A stretch of DNA of 64,000 bases, taken from an uncultured Planctomycetaceae bacterium. GTDB taxonomy: Bacteria; Planctomycetota; Planctomycetia; Planctomycetales; Planctomycetaceae. Below are positions 30,910-41,713 of the stretch, in pieces. A model generated the notes under the pieces. That model was not told the DNA's origin, made no database searches, and saw nothing but the letters and a program-made list of their open reading frames with translations. Position 1 is the stretch's first letter, and the number at the start of each line of letters is the position of its first letter. A program made the translations under genes and the position numbers. The DNA lies in the NCBI GenBank assembly GCA_963976765.1, contig CAXBME010000009.1:186001-250000 (forward strand), read 5' to 3'.

Positions 30910-33258
30910 TCAGCCTCCCTTCGTGAATTTCATATAACCCCAATTCATCTCCCGAGCCCCACCCTCACGTAGTCGAGGCGACTCCGGAAACTCCTCAGCC
31001 AGCAAATCGGTCATTGACAGCCATCGTCCGCCTTCAATCGTGCGGTGGCCGTCCGCCAAGTCAGAAGCGTCCAGCAGGATGTATGTAATCCGCCCCTTGA
31101 GCGAATCCTCGATTCTACGCACGACGTCTTCTGGGAATTTCTCGACCTGTGCTGCAAGCACGACGAGGTTCCCGTCACAGTCAATTGCAACTCTGGCCAG
31201 TTCCAGAAACTGGTCCACGACCTTCGTCCAGACGGCAGCATCCGATGGAGTATCAACAAGCGTCTTACACTCGGCAAACACCAGGTACCCGTCACAGCAC
31301 GCGACGATGTCGGCGTCCCCGCCCTGTCCATCCTTTATGTACTTCACTCCGGGGAGCCAGAAGAACCCGCGACTGGTCAGACTGCGAAGAAATCGTCCGG
31401 CAAGAACGATAGGAACGATGCCCTCATTTAATGAGCGCTGAACGGGAGGTGACAGCGAGTAACCGATCGGAACTTTCTCCGAAAGCAGCACGCGATTGCC
31501 ACAATTGGGACAAATGACTGGCTTCTGAATACTGAGTTCTTGAGAAAACCAGGACTGTCCGCAGCGTCCGCATGGGCCAATCCGCCAACTCCGTACAAGA
31601 ATTGAACGATCAGTCCAGTGCTCCAGATAGGAGCCTAGCGTAAGTTGCTCGGGAATCTCCCCGCTCGCGTGTTCCGCAAATCGCCGATGAACGAGTCTCC
31701 TTGTGCGTTCCGAACGGCGAAGGTTCAGCTTGTCCACGCGTCCCAGGTAGTCGTCGATGGGGAGATCACCACCGCCGAGTTTGCAGATGCCCCTAATCTG
31801 ACCAGGGAGTAGCGTTTTCCCCGAAAATGCCTGAATGATTTCTCCCGATTTACCTGACAAGGCGTTGGCAGCCCCAAGGATGCCACCGAAGCGTTCAACC
31901 GTCGGGTTGTAGCTACTCCGCTTTTCGTCGCGAATGGGCTCGTAGCCACCCTCCCGAATGAGTTCCTCAAGGACTTCTTCCGATTCCGGAACATAGAATC
32001 GAACAATGTCTTTGCTGAAACTGCAGCGTGCGTTGATGGAATCGACACCAGCACCGAACCGGTTAACGACCGCATGCTCAAAGTTTGGAGGGCACGGCCC
32101 ATTAAGAATCTCTGGAATCACCGGCGATGACGGTAGCTGCATTTCACCGATCGCACGGTGACTGCCTGCCTCATGGACAAGATCAACGTACCAGCAATCG
32201 GACTGATTCAGAGTCGGAAGGGCCTCTGGCTTCGGGGGAACAAACGCGATTTTCTGGTCATCGCGTTTGACGGACCATATTATCTGCGACTCGTAGGGGA
32301 CGACGCGTGGAATACGGTTTCGCGGAGTCTCAAAGTCGACGTACTCAATCGAAGTCTCACTAAGAGCCTCCTTCAGGCTGTCAGCAAACGCCGTACATTC
32401 AGATTCGCTAACTGTCAAAGAGGTGACAACGCAGTAGTTTGACACGTTATCGAAGCGGCTCAGCCAACGGGCTGCAGCTTCAGCGAGTTGCACGGTGCCT
32501 GACTGACCGTGCGGAACGGGAAGAATTCGCGATGTTTCGTCCGGGTCACCGACGCTGCGAAGATTCCAGAAAAGCGAAAGGTCAGAAACGCTGTCTCCCA
32601 CGAGTACGACAGTCGGCTCTGGTGACGGCGTCTGAATCTGGTAGCTGGAAAGTCCAAAAGCGTTGGCATCCAGCCATGTCTGGTTGTCGTTCTTCCAGAA
32701 GTCCGTGCACAGATCGACAAAGGCGACTGCGTCATCAGACTCGAAGTCGAGGATATCGTCTCGGAAATCTTCGCGAAGCTGTGGCGGATGTACTCCGAAC
32801 ATCGCAGCGCAGTACGGAGCCAGCGCAAATGACCGATCGACAGAGACGGTAATCAACGGACGCCTGAACCGCGATCGCTCATGCCGGGCTTTGAACATGG
32901 CGTAAACAGCGTGATCACCATGTATGAAACCAGCCTGATTTGCCGTACGAATGTCCTCCGCGATGTCCGAGTCCAGCGAGCAAAACTGACGAGGTTGACA
33001 GGCTTTGCTGACGGTCTGCCCCCACTCCTTTACGGAGATTCCGACTCCGTAAACACAATCAGGACGCCAGTACCCAAGCCGAAACTTCGTGAGTGCATCG
33101 GGAGAATCAGCGTTGACGGGCAGAATCAGGCTGTAGCGTCCTCCCCAGAGTTGACTCAAGAATCGCATCACTCTGATGAGGTCCTCAGAATCCGCTGACG
33201 AATTGATCAGGACCACGACTCGAACTGGGCGGACGCGTAAGCTGATAGGGAAATTCAT
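30910..33258 (-). CDS. 782-aa protein with C-terminal Zn ribbon and PD-(D/E)xK nuclease-like domain
   Basis: CGRC..CPNC followed by GDADIVACCDGYLVFAECK (D..ExK). Confidence 0.7.
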   Translation of the reverse strand: MNFPISLRVRPVRVVVLINSSADSEDLIRVMRFLSQLWGGRYSLILPVNADSPDALTKFRLGYWRPDCVYGVGISVKEWGQTVSKACQPRQFCSLDSDIAEDIRTANQAGFIHGDHAVYAMFKARHERSRFRRPLITVSVDRSFALAPYCAAMFGVHPPQLREDFRDDILDFESDDAVAFVDLCTDFWKNDNQTWLDANAFGLSSYQIQTPSPEPTVVLVGDSVSDLSLFWNLRSVGDPDETSRILPVPHGQSGTVQLAEAAARWLSRFDNVSNYCVVTSLTVSESECTAFADSLKEALSETSIEYVDFETPRNRIPRVVPYESQIIWSVKRDDQKIAFVPPKPEALPTLNQSDCWYVDLVHEAGSHRAIGEMQLPSSPVIPEILNGPCPPNFEHAVVNRFGAGVDSINARCSFSKDIVRFYVPESEEVLEELIREGGYEPIRDEKRSSYNPTVERFGGILGAANALSGKSGEIIQAFSGKTLLPGQIRGICKLGGGDLPIDDYLGRVDKLNLRRSERTRRLVHRRFAEHASGEIPEQLTLGSYLEHWTDRSILVRSWRIGPCGRCGQSWFSQELSIQKPVICPNCGNRVLLSEKVPIGYSLSPPVQRSLNEGIVPIVLAGRFLRSLTSRGFFWLPGVKYIKDGQGGDADIVACCDGYLVFAECKTLVDTPSDAAVWTKVVDQFLELARVAIDCDGNLVVLAAQVEKFPEDVVRRIEDSLKGRITYILLDASDLADGHRTIEGGRWLSMTDLLAEEFPESPRLREGGAREMNWGYMKFTKGG

Positions 33259-33393
33259 GACTTCGCCATCTCTCTTAATGAAAAGCGAGAAATTCGAGTA
33301 ACGTCAGAAACGAGCGAACACGGGGAACGCAAGAAGTGTTCCGTGGTATGAGGAATTTGACCAGTACAACTGGCGATCCGGCTGGAGTGGGTC

Positions 33394-34725
33394 TCAAGTC
33401 TCGCACCCTTGCAGTGACCGCGTCAGCAACGGCGGGGCGGCGAGAGTTGTGACCATCATGGTGGCCACGAGGGCCGAGTAGGTCGACGTGTTGAGGAGCG
33501 GCTCGCCGTTGATCGTCAGTGCCAGGCCGATGCCGGCGAAGATCAGGCCGACTTCGCCTCGCGGGATCATTCCCAGGCCCACGGTCAGACGGTTCACTCC
33601 GTTAGAGCGGACACCCAGGCCGCAGACGAGTTTTCCTGCGATGGCCACGGCTGACAGGATCGCTGTCAGGCCGAGGACTCCCGGATCGCCGAAGCTGGAC
33701 AGCTCGACTCGGAAGCCGGTCATGACGAAGAAGATCGGGGTGATGAAGTCGGTCAGCGGACGGAGCAGTTCGTGCAGGGGCTGTTCGCCGTGTTCGCTCA
33801 GCTCGCGGTACTGGGCGGACTCCAGGATGAGCCCGGCGGCGAAGGCTCCGATTAGAGGAGCCAGACCGGCGTAACTTGAGGCCCAGGAGAAGCCGAAACA
33901 CATCGCCAGGGCCGTGCAGATCAAGAGGCCGTGTCCGTGAAGAAGGCTCGCCGTGTGGAACAACTGACGGCTGATCCACGGGCCGAGCAGGATCGCCAGT
34001 GTTAGAAACCCACCGGCCTTCACCGTGATCAACAGCAGGGCTCCGAAACCGCTCGCGGCGTCGGACGAGCCGGAGGACGTGATCAACGCCTGGACTACGC
34101 TCAGGACAATCAGTGCGAGGACGTCGTCGATGACGGCTGCTCCCAGCACAATTTGCGACTCGGCGGAATCAGCTCGACCGAGGTCCTCAAACACGCGGGC
34201 TGTGATACCGACGCTGGTCGCGCACAACGCGGCTCCGAGAAAGACGTGCAGAGGCCAGCCAGCATCCGGCAGCAAAAGATGAGCGCTGCCCCAGCCGATC
34301 AGGAACGGCGCGATCACGCCCAGCGTTGCCACGAAGCACGCGGAGATACCGACGCGACGCATCCGCGTGGCGGAGTTCTCCAGACCAACCTGAAACATCA
34401 GCAGCAGGACACCGATCCGAGCGAGAGCATCGATCACGATGCCGGCACAGTGTTCGACATCGGCAAGGTGCAGCCGGCCATCCTGTGGCCAGTCGACGCG
34501 GAGGAACTCCAACCCGGTGAAACCGGTCAGCGCGAGGTTGCCCAGCAAGACTCCCACAATCAGTTCACCCAGTACGGACGGCTGCCCGAGTGACTCGAAG
34601 ATCGATCCGCCGATCCGTGCCGCCAGCACGATCACGACGATGGCCAGTAGAACTCCAGCAATGGGGGAATGAGACGAGAGCCCAGTGTCCAGAGTCGAGA
34701 GCAGTGAGACATCGGCACTCATCAC
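33394..34725 (-). CDS. Cation:proton antiporter, CPA2 (NapA/KefB type)
   Basis: GQPSVLGEL, ATSVGIT, AAVIDDV, GMIPRGEVGL. Confidence 0.92.
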   Translation of the reverse strand: MMSADVSLLSTLDTGLSSHSPIAGVLLAIVVIVLAARIGGSIFESLGQPSVLGELIVGVLLGNLALTGFTGLEFLRVDWPQDGRLHLADVEHCAGIVIDALARIGVLLLMFQVGLENSATRMRRVGISACFVATLGVIAPFLIGWGSAHLLLPDAGWPLHVFLGAALCATSVGITARVFEDLGRADSAESQIVLGAAVIDDVLALIVLSVVQALITSSGSSDAASGFGALLLITVKAGGFLTLAILLGPWISRQLFHTASLLHGHGLLICTALAMCFGFSWASSYAGLAPLIGAFAAGLILESAQYRELSEHGEQPLHELLRPLTDFITPIFFVMTGFRVELSSFGDPGVLGLTAILSAVAIAGKLVCGLGVRSNGVNRLTVGLGMIPRGEVGLIFAGIGLALTINGEPLLNTSTYSALVATMMVTTLAAPPLLTRSLQGCET

Positions 34726-34785
34726 AAACCTCCGTCCGCGTCCCGCCGAAGCCCCCGTGAACTCTCAACTCTCGACCCTCAACTC
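34672..34785. repeat. Second inverted array of 7-nt repeats, flanking the CPA2 RBS and start
   Basis: AGACGAG AGCCCAG TGTCCAG AGTCGAG ... CTCAACT CTCGACC CTCAACT. Confidence 0.6.
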
Positions 34786-36178
34786 ACAAATACGGGCAGT
34801 GGATGCCGAGCGACTCGTAGAACGCATGCGGGACGGGCGTCAGGATGAGCAACAGGATGACGAACGAGACGACTCCCAGTGCCTTGCGTCCCGGATCGAG
34901 CTGGATGAGATCGTTAGCTGAGGCGATCCCTTTGCCGCCGGCCATGAAGAACGCGATTAGCGCCCACATCAGCAGTCCGCTCCACACGAACAGCCCGAGG
35001 AAGAACAGGCATGCCAGTGCGACTGTGCTGATGCTGGCACTGCGGCGGATGCCGAACATTGCGTCGGCGATGTGTCCGCCGTCGAGCTGGCCGATCGGCA
35101 GCAGATTCAACGCCGTCACGATCAGGCCGAGCCAGCCGGCGAACGCCAGCGGGTGCAGAATGAGTTGATGTCCCTGCGAGATCGCCTCTCCGAGTGACAG
35201 CTTCGCCAGGAACGCCAGCAGCACCGAAGAACCGACTCCCGTTCCGTGATGGTGCATAATGCCGACATTCGCCGCAGCGTCTCCCGCCGCTTCGACAATC
35301 TGCGACTGACCGAGACCAATCAGAAGTGCCGGGACCGCGAAGACAAGTCCGGCCAGCGGTCCGGCGACAGCCACATCAAACAGAGCCTTGCGATTCGGCG
35401 GCAGCGACTTCATGCGAATGAACGCCCCGAATGTGCCGAGGGCGAACGGGACTGGAATGAAGTACGGCAACGTCACGTTGACTCCATGATGCCGCGCCGC
35501 GAAGTAGTGGCCGAGTTCGTGGGCTCCCAGGATCAGCATCAGCGTCAGCGAGTACGGCAGCCCGGCGGTGAATCTGCCGGGCTCTTCCAGCAGGTTGATG
35601 CCCTGATGCAGGGCTCCGGCCCAGGTGGTCGTGGCGATGGCGGCGATGAACAGCAGCAGGTGCAGCATGGGTCCACTGCCGGGACGCGGGTCATCGAGTC
35701 GGCCGGGAACAATGACCAGTCGTGGCTGACCGAATTCATCCTCCTGGAGCAGCGGTGTGGCATTGCGATCCGCCAGCCGTTCGCGCATCTGCTCGTAGAC
35801 GGCCTGAGGGTCTCCGTTGATGAACTCCCCGTCGATGACTTTCGCATCACCAACCCATCGCTGATGCGAGGACTCGAATACGGAACTCGTATCAAAGTCA
35901 TCATCCGCGTTGGCATCAGTGACATCAGACCCCGTCGGCTGTGAAGACCGTCGATCCTGGTCGGCGTGACAGTCCGACATCAGATGCGACGACATGGCCA
36001 TCCAGCACAACAGCATCATGAGGAGCAACAGCACCGGGCTGATCATGATACCCGCGGCGGCGAGTCCGTAAATAATAAGGATTGGCAGCAGGCAGCAGAT
36101 CACCATCCAGAACGCCGCTGATACTTGATGACTCGATGATCGCTGACTCACAGACACACTCCTCAGACAGGGGGACAA
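34784..36178 (-). CDS. Site-2 protease, peptidase M50 (EGY-like); start uncertain
   Basis: HELGH, PFALGTFGAFI, VAVAGPLAG, NLLPIGQLDGGH. Confidence 0.9.
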   Translation of the reverse strand: MSPCLRSVSVSQRSSSHQVSAAFWMVICCLLPILIIYGLAAAGIMISPVLLLLMMLLCWMAMSSHLMSDCHADQDRRSSQPTGSDVTDANADDDFDTSSVFESSHQRWVGDAKVIDGEFINGDPQAVYEQMRERLADRNATPLLQEDEFGQPRLVIVPGRLDDPRPGSGPMLHLLLFIAAIATTTWAGALHQGINLLEEPGRFTAGLPYSLTLMLILGAHELGHYFAARHHGVNVTLPYFIPVPFALGTFGAFIRMKSLPPNRKALFDVAVAGPLAGLVFAVPALLIGLGQSQIVEAAGDAAANVGIMHHHGTGVGSSVLLAFLAKLSLGEAISQGHQLILHPLAFAGWLGLIVTALNLLPIGQLDGGHIADAMFGIRRSASISTVALACLFFLGLFVWSGLLMWALIAFFMAGGKGIASANDLIQLDPGRKALGVVSFVILLLILTPVPHAFYESLGIHCPYL

Positions 36179-36284
36179 CGTGCCGTTCCGTGGACTTCAC
36201 GCAGCCCACAAGGGACGGGACCACCGCAACCCGGTCGACCTCATCGACCGGGTTGCAAGGCAGGGCAATTCCATCCACACGACA

Positions 36285-36827
36285 CTACTTCTTCTTCGTT
36301 TTCGGCGAGCCGGGATGCTGACGCTGCATCACTCGGCTGTAGGTTTTCTTCGCCTTCTGCAGTTCGGTGGTGATGATCTGACAGCAGTGCATCACCATCT
36401 TGCCATCCACAGAATCCTTCTTGCAGGCTTCCATGCACGCGGCATGCTGGTCCGCGGCGGTGGAAAGACCCTTACTGATGCTGTCGAGGTCCTTGACTGT
36501 CTCGGCGTCCTTGTCGGTTCCGGCCTGCTTTTTCGCATCAGCCACCCGCTTCTGAGCTGCCGAAAGGTTGCGGCCAAGTTCTTCCGCATGCAGTTTCGCT
36601 TCCGCTGGATCGATCGACTCAGCTTCTTCGGCGTACTGCCGCAAATCCTGTGAGTAATCCAGGGCGTGATCGATTCGCCGCTGAGCCGCTCGATGGGTCC
36701 AGTACGGCAGGTTGCGGAACTTTCTCTCTGCAATTGAAGGCTTCTTCTGGGCGGACAGCGTCCCGGCTCCCAGGATCAGACTGCCGCTTGCCACACACGC
36801 TCCCAACACAAATTCCCGTCGTTTCAT
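36285..36827 (-). CDS. Exported helical protein with Tat-like signal and Cys/His cluster
   Basis: AGGAG RBS; MKRREFVLGACVASG; HAACMEAC...MHCC. Confidence 0.65.
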   Translation of the reverse strand: MKRREFVLGACVASGSLILGAGTLSAQKKPSIAERKFRNLPYWTHRAAQRRIDHALDYSQDLRQYAEEAESIDPAEAKLHAEELGRNLSAAQKRVADAKKQAGTDKDAETVKDLDSISKGLSTAADQHAACMEACKKDSVDGKMVMHCCQIITTELQKAKKTYSRVMQRQHPGSPKTKKK

Positions 36828-37054
36828 TTTGCACTCTCCTGACATAACGCTCTCTTCAGAGCAAGGAACCACTTTCAGGCAGTTAACCGAGCACTCCCAC
36901 GAGACGCGATAGTCTGCCAGGAATCTGCCGGAGCCGAACACACGTCGGCAGGTCCATGTGAAAGCACTTTCTGTACCAACAGTTTTTACGCCGTGATTCG
37001 AGTTCCACGTGCGGCCCGGACTGACGAGCAACGAGCCAACTCGCTCATCTGCTT

Positions 37055-37068
37055 GGGCGATTTCGCCC
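37055..37068. promoter_or_regulatory. Island palindrome
   Basis: GGGCGATTTCGCCC between divergent genes, about 120 bp upstream of a sigma54-like site. Confidence 0.65.
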
Positions 37069-37184
37069 CGCGCGAGTCCCGATTAGCGACGCTCGGTGTT
37101 CGAGTGCCTGAGTGAAACAGTCCATTCACGCTCAACGAACGATGTCAGTCGACCGTGCTCCGGGTATCCTCTGCGTGATGATTT

Positions 37185-37199
37185 CGGCATGGCCTGTGC
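37185..37199 (+). promoter_or_regulatory. Possible sigma54 promoter of copA
   Basis: CGGCATGGCCTGTGC, GG-N10-GC; weaker match to consensus. Confidence 0.45.
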
Positions 37200-37251
37200 G
37201 GTGAGGAGTTCGCAAGAGACTTCTCGGGACTCACACGATGGAAAGAAGCTG

Positions 37252-39654
37252 ATGGCAAAAGACCCAATCTGTGGCATGACGGTCGATGAGGCAACGGCGC
37301 TGTCGTTCGAGCTGGAGCGACAGATCTTCTACTTCTGCAGTGAGCACTGCCTGACGAAGTTCATGACCAGTCCGGAGCTGGAATCGGCCGATGCTGTCGC
37401 TGAAGTTTCTGAGCAGTCCAACAATGAACCGGGAAATTCCTGCTGTCACCACACAGAGGCCGAAGACCATCAGCAGCGCGCGGCACCGGAATCTCACGCC
37501 ATGACTGGCGACTCCCCCCACTACACCTGCCCGATGCATCCGGAGGTCGAGCAGGATCACCCCGGAGCCTGCCCAAAGTGCGGCATGGACCTCGAACCGA
37601 AGTCGGTGACGGCGGCGGCTACCAATGAGGACGAGTCTGAGCTGACGGCGATGGCGCGACGATTCTGGATCGGTCTGGCCCTGACTCTGCCGGTGTTTCT
37701 GCTGGCAATGCTGCCGATGATCGGTGTGCCGCTGGAACGTTGGGTCTCAGTGACAGTCTCGCGATGGCTGCAGTTCGTGCTTAGCACGCCGGTCGTGCTG
37801 TGGGCCGGATGGCCGTTCTTTGTCCGGGCGGGACGTTCCCTGACGACCTTCAACCTCAACATGTTCACGCTGATCGCGCTCGGGACAGGAGCCGCGTTTC
37901 TTTACAGCGTCGTGGCCGTGCTGGCCCCCGGTATCTTTCCCGAGTCATTCCGTCACGACGGCTCGGTCGAGCTGTACTTTGAGGCCGCGGCAATGATCAC
38001 CGTGCTGGTGCTGCTCGGGCAGATGCTTGAACTTCGAGCACGACGCCGGACCAGTAGCGCCATCCGTGAATTACTCTCACTGGCTCCGCCGACCGCTCGT
38101 TTGGTGCGCAACGGTGAGGAGACTGAGATTCCCCTCGAACACGTTCATCGCAGTGACCTGCTGCGGGTCAGGCCAGGCGAAAAGGTCCCGGTCGATGGCA
38201 AACTTGTCGAAGGCAGCAGCTCTGTCGACGAGTCGATGATTACCGGTGAACCACTGCCGGTCCGCAAGGAGTCCGGCGACAGTGTCATCGGGGCGACAGT
38301 TAATCAGACCGGGTCGTTCCTCATGCGAGCCGATCGTGTTGGCAGCGACACGCTGCTGTCGAAGATCGTGAACATGGTGGCTGAGGCTCAGCGCAGCCGG
38401 GCTCCAATTCAACGAGTCGCTGATCTGGTTGCGGCCTGGTTCGTGCCGGCCGTCGTCCTGGTGGCGGTCGTGACCTTCATCGCCTGGGCTACGATCGGGC
38501 CTGAACCTCGTTTCGCGTACGCACTCGTCAACGCCGTCGCCGTGCTGATCATCGCGTGTCCGTGTGCCCTGGGACTGGCGACTCCCATGTCGATCATGGT
38601 CGGCGTCGGTCGCGGTGCGAAAGAGGGAGTGCTGATCCGCGACGCTCAGGTGCTGGAAGTCATGGAGAAGGTCGACACACTGGTTGTCGACAAGACGGGA
38701 ACTCTGACCGAAGGCCGGCCACGGCTGACCGAGTGTGTCCCGGCGGACTCATTCACCGAGACTGAACTACTCCGCCTGGCAGCAGCGGTGGAACGTCACA
38801 GCGAACACCCGCTCGCATCGGCCATCGTGTCCGGAGCCACGGAACGCGGAGTCGATCTATCCGATGTGACTGACTTTCAATCGGTCACCGGATCGGGAGT
38901 GTCCGGCGACGTTGACGGCATCTGTGTCTTTGTCGGTCGCCAGTCGTTTGTGACAGCGAACGGTTGCGCTGTCTCCGATGAGATGGCTTCTCGCGCCGAC
39001 GAACTGCGTTCGCTTGGAAGAACCGTGATGTTCGTTGGAGTCGACGGACAGTTCGCGGGACTCGTGGCTGTCGCCGATCCCGTCAAAGAATCGACACCGG
39101 ATGCCATCCGTCAACTCCACGCGCTGGGACTGCGAGTCATCATGCTCACCGGCGACAACGAGCGCACGGCACGCACCGTCGCCGACCAGCTCGGCATCGA
39201 CGTCGTGGAAGCCGGCGTGCGTCCGGAAGACAAACACGACCGCGTCAAGGCTCTGCGAGCGTCCGGCCACATCGTGGCAATGGCCGGCGACGGGATTAAC
39301 GACGCACCGGCCCTCTCTGAGGCCGATGCGGGCATCGCGATGGGCACCGGCACGGACGTCGCTATGGAAAGTGCTGGCGTAACGCTGGTCAGAGGCGACC
39401 TGCGAGGCATCGTACGGGCGGTCGCACTAAGCCGGGCAGTGATGCGGAACATTCGCCAGAACCTGTTCTTCGCTTTCGGCTACAACGCTCTGGGAGTCCC
39501 CGTCGCGGCCGGAGTCCTCGTCCCAATCTTCGGCCTGAAAGCCCTGCTCAACCCCATGATCGCTGCCGCCGCAATGAGTTTCAGCTCGATCTCCGTCGTG
39601 GGCAACGCGTTAAGGCTCCGCAAGAACGAAAAAGAAGCTGCCGGACAAGGGTAG
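37252..39654 (+). CDS. copA: Cu(I)/Ag(I)-translocating P1B-1 ATPase with YHS and HMBD domains
   Basis: [59 protein letters not shown] and MSFSS. Confidence 0.93.
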   Translation: MAKDPICGMTVDEATALSFELERQIFYFCSEHCLTKFMTSPELESADAVAEVSEQSNNEPGNSCCHHTEAEDHQQRAAPESHAMTGDSPHYTCPMHPEVEQDHPGACPKCGMDLEPKSVTAAATNEDESELTAMARRFWIGLALTLPVFLLAMLPMIGVPLERWVSVTVSRWLQFVLSTPVVLWAGWPFFVRAGRSLTTFNLNMFTLIALGTGAAFLYSVVAVLAPGIFPESFRHDGSVELYFEAAAMITVLVLLGQMLELRARRRTSSAIRELLSLAPPTARLVRNGEETEIPLEHVHRSDLLRVRPGEKVPVDGKLVEGSSSVDESMITGEPLPVRKESGDSVIGATVNQTGSFLMRADRVGSDTLLSKIVNMVAEAQRSRAPIQRVADLVAAWFVPAVVLVAVVTFIAWATIGPEPRFAYALVNAVAVLIIACPCALGLATPMSIMVGVGRGAKEGVLIRDAQVLEVMEKVDTLVVDKTGTLTEGRPRLTECVPADSFTETELLRLAAAVERHSEHPLASAIVSGATERGVDLSDVTDFQSVTGSGVSGDVDGICVFVGRQSFVTANGCAVSDEMASRADELRSLGRTVMFVGVDGQFAGLVAVADPVKESTPDAIRQLHALGLRVIMLTGDNERTARTVADQLGIDVVEAGVRPEDKHDRVKALRASGHIVAMAGDGINDAPALSEADAGIAMGTGTDVAMESAGVTLVRGDLRGIVRAVALSRAVMRNIRQNLFFAFGYNALGVPVAAGVLVPIFGLKALLNPMIAAAAMSFSSISVVGNALRLRKNEKEAAGQG

Positions 39655-39712
39655 CTGCATTATCACGCCGACTCGGGACCGGCGATGGCTACTTCTGTCG
39701 CCGAGCGCAAAT

Positions 39713-39726
39713 GGGCGAAATCGCCC
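39713..39726. promoter_or_regulatory. Island palindrome
   Basis: aaatGGGCGAAATCGCCCgttt upstream of tolC-MCO. Confidence 0.65.
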
Positions 39727-39928
39727 GTTTCGACTCCGGATGGGCAGTCTGTGTGAAGATATAGTGATCTGAGTTTGTCCGTTGGCTGGCTTTGCGACAT
39801 CCAGGAATGACGCTGCTCATGTTCGTGGCGGAATCCGTCGATTCGACAGTGACCAGTTTTTGCACGGGCGGACTGGACGCTCCGACCGTGCGCGATTTGC
39901 TGTCAACATGAGCAATGGCGTGTCAGGG

Positions 39929-41629
39929 ATGACTGTGATGGAATATCGCTCGCAGGGATGTTGTGTTCGGACACGGGTGCGGAAGACGACCTGTCCAATT
40001 CTGCTTCTCGCGATGCTGGCCGGTTGCGCCACGACGACTCGCGATCGCGCGGTGACTCAGGTGACCAGTGCTCGCCGTGACCAGTCCGCGAATGCGCCGG
40101 ACTCAGTGAAGGACGTTGCCCGACGGACTGGTGAGTCCTCTGTTTCTGAAGCAGACAGCACTGTGCTCGTTTCGTTTCAGGAAGAAGCCGACAGTGCGGC
40201 TGCGAAGTCTCCTGCGGGAGCGAAACCAGATCACTCGAAACATTCCACAGCGCCGCCGGCGCCGGCTCCTGCTGCGGAGACAGCCGAACCACACGGTCAG
40301 CACGCTCCGCAGCACGGAGGTCACCCGACAGCGGCTCCGATGGATCATGAGATGCACGGGGACGGCCCGATGGAGCACGGGGCAGGCCCGATGCACGCTG
40401 CCGAGGCTCGCAGCCTCACTCTGGGAGAACTCGAATCACTGGCGCTCTCGAACAACCCGACGCTGACTCAGGCGGAGGCTCAGATTCGCGCGGCCTGTGG
40501 AGCGGCGCAGCAGGCCGGTTTGTATCTCAACCCCGTGCTCGGCTATTCGGGACAGTACGATCAGGTTGGCAGTGGGCGCGATGAGAACTGGAATGGCGGT
40601 TTCATCGCGCAGGAGTTCGTGACCGGCGGGAAGCTGGAACTGAGCCAGCAGAAATGGACTCAGCGCGTCCGGATTGCGGAAACAAATTACCACGCACAGC
40701 GGCAGCGGGTCCTGAACGATCTGCATGTCGCGTACTTCCGCACGCTGGCCGCGGAGCAGCTTGTCGCCGTCCAGCGCGAGCTGGTTTCCAATGGCGAGGA
40801 CAATCTGCAGACGACTCGCGAAATGCTGAATCTCGGCCAGACCGGCCAGTCGTCCGTGCTGACGGCGGAAGTCGAACTGCAGCGAGACCGGCTCGATCTG
40901 ATGCAGTCGGAGAAAGAGTATCTGCACGCGTGGCGGATGCTCACGTCGCTGGCAGGAATTCCGGAACTGAATCCGCAGCCGCTGGCTGGAACACTCTCTG
41001 CGACAGACGAACCGCTCGGATGGGACACCGCTCTTTCACAACTGCTGTCGAACAGCCCCGAACTGCACGCGGCGTGGCAGAAGATCGAACACGACCGCAT
41101 CACGGTTTCGCGGGAAGAAGCGGAACCAATTCCCAACGTGCTGGTGGACGTCTCAACGATTCACACTCCCGTCACGAACACCACGCAGACGACGCTGAAT
41201 GTGGGACTTCCGCTGCCGATTTTCGACCGCAATCAGGGCACCGTCGAACAGGCTCAGGCCGACCTCTCGCAGTCGCATGCGGAAGCACGGCGGCTGGAAC
41301 TCGAACTGCGGAATCGACTGGCGACTCAGTTCCGCGACTACGAAACCTCACGGCAGCGCATGGTGGAGTTTGACGCGGCCATGCTGCCCAAAGCGAAGCT
41401 GGCCTACGACATGCTGGCGAAGAGCTACGAAGAACGCCGCGCTCCGTGGACCGAAGTGCTGACGGCTCAGCGAATGTATCTGTCGCTGCGAGCCGAACAG
41501 GTCAGAAATGAGTTGACCTATCGGGAAAATGACGTGGCGGTCCGCGGACTGCTCCTCAGCGGAGGCCTGATGAGCCCGTCCGCTCCCGCCGCGGCCGGAC
41601 ACATCGATGCGATTGCCAAGCCGAGGTAA
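39929..41629 (+). CDS. TolC-family outer membrane lipoprotein with His/Met-rich N-terminus
   Basis: Lipobox LAGC; LTLGELESLALSNNPTL; PLPIFDRNQG; HGQH, HGGH, MDHEMH. Confidence 0.88.
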   Translation: MTVMEYRSQGCCVRTRVRKTTCPILLLAMLAGCATTTRDRAVTQVTSARRDQSANAPDSVKDVARRTGESSVSEADSTVLVSFQEEADSAAAKSPAGAKPDHSKHSTAPPAPAPAAETAEPHGQHAPQHGGHPTAAPMDHEMHGDGPMEHGAGPMHAAEARSLTLGELESLALSNNPTLTQAEAQIRAACGAAQQAGLYLNPVLGYSGQYDQVGSGRDENWNGGFIAQEFVTGGKLELSQQKWTQRVRIAETNYHAQRQRVLNDLHVAYFRTLAAEQLVAVQRELVSNGEDNLQTTREMLNLGQTGQSSVLTAEVELQRDRLDLMQSEKEYLHAWRMLTSLAGIPELNPQPLAGTLSATDEPLGWDTALSQLLSNSPELHAAWQKIEHDRITVSREEAEPIPNVLVDVSTIHTPVTNTTQTTLNVGLPLPIFDRNQGTVEQAQADLSQSHAEARRLELELRNRLATQFRDYETSRQRMVEFDAAMLPKAKLAYDMLAKSYEERRAPWTEVLTAQRMYLSLRAEQVRNELTYRENDVAVRGLLLSGGLMSPSAPAAAGHIDAIAKPR

Positions 41630-41713
41630 CTTCAACGCGACGCCGCCCGGCGTTGATGAGACGCGCCATCCCATCGCACCAAAACGCGACAGAATTCTGA
41701 CCGGAAAACGAAC

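Noticed and set aside
36900..36920. sigma54-like TGGCAG site for the 36827 gene (similar near 7375, 50940 and 51054)
   Set aside because: Spacing is GG-N9-GC; sigma54 requires N10.
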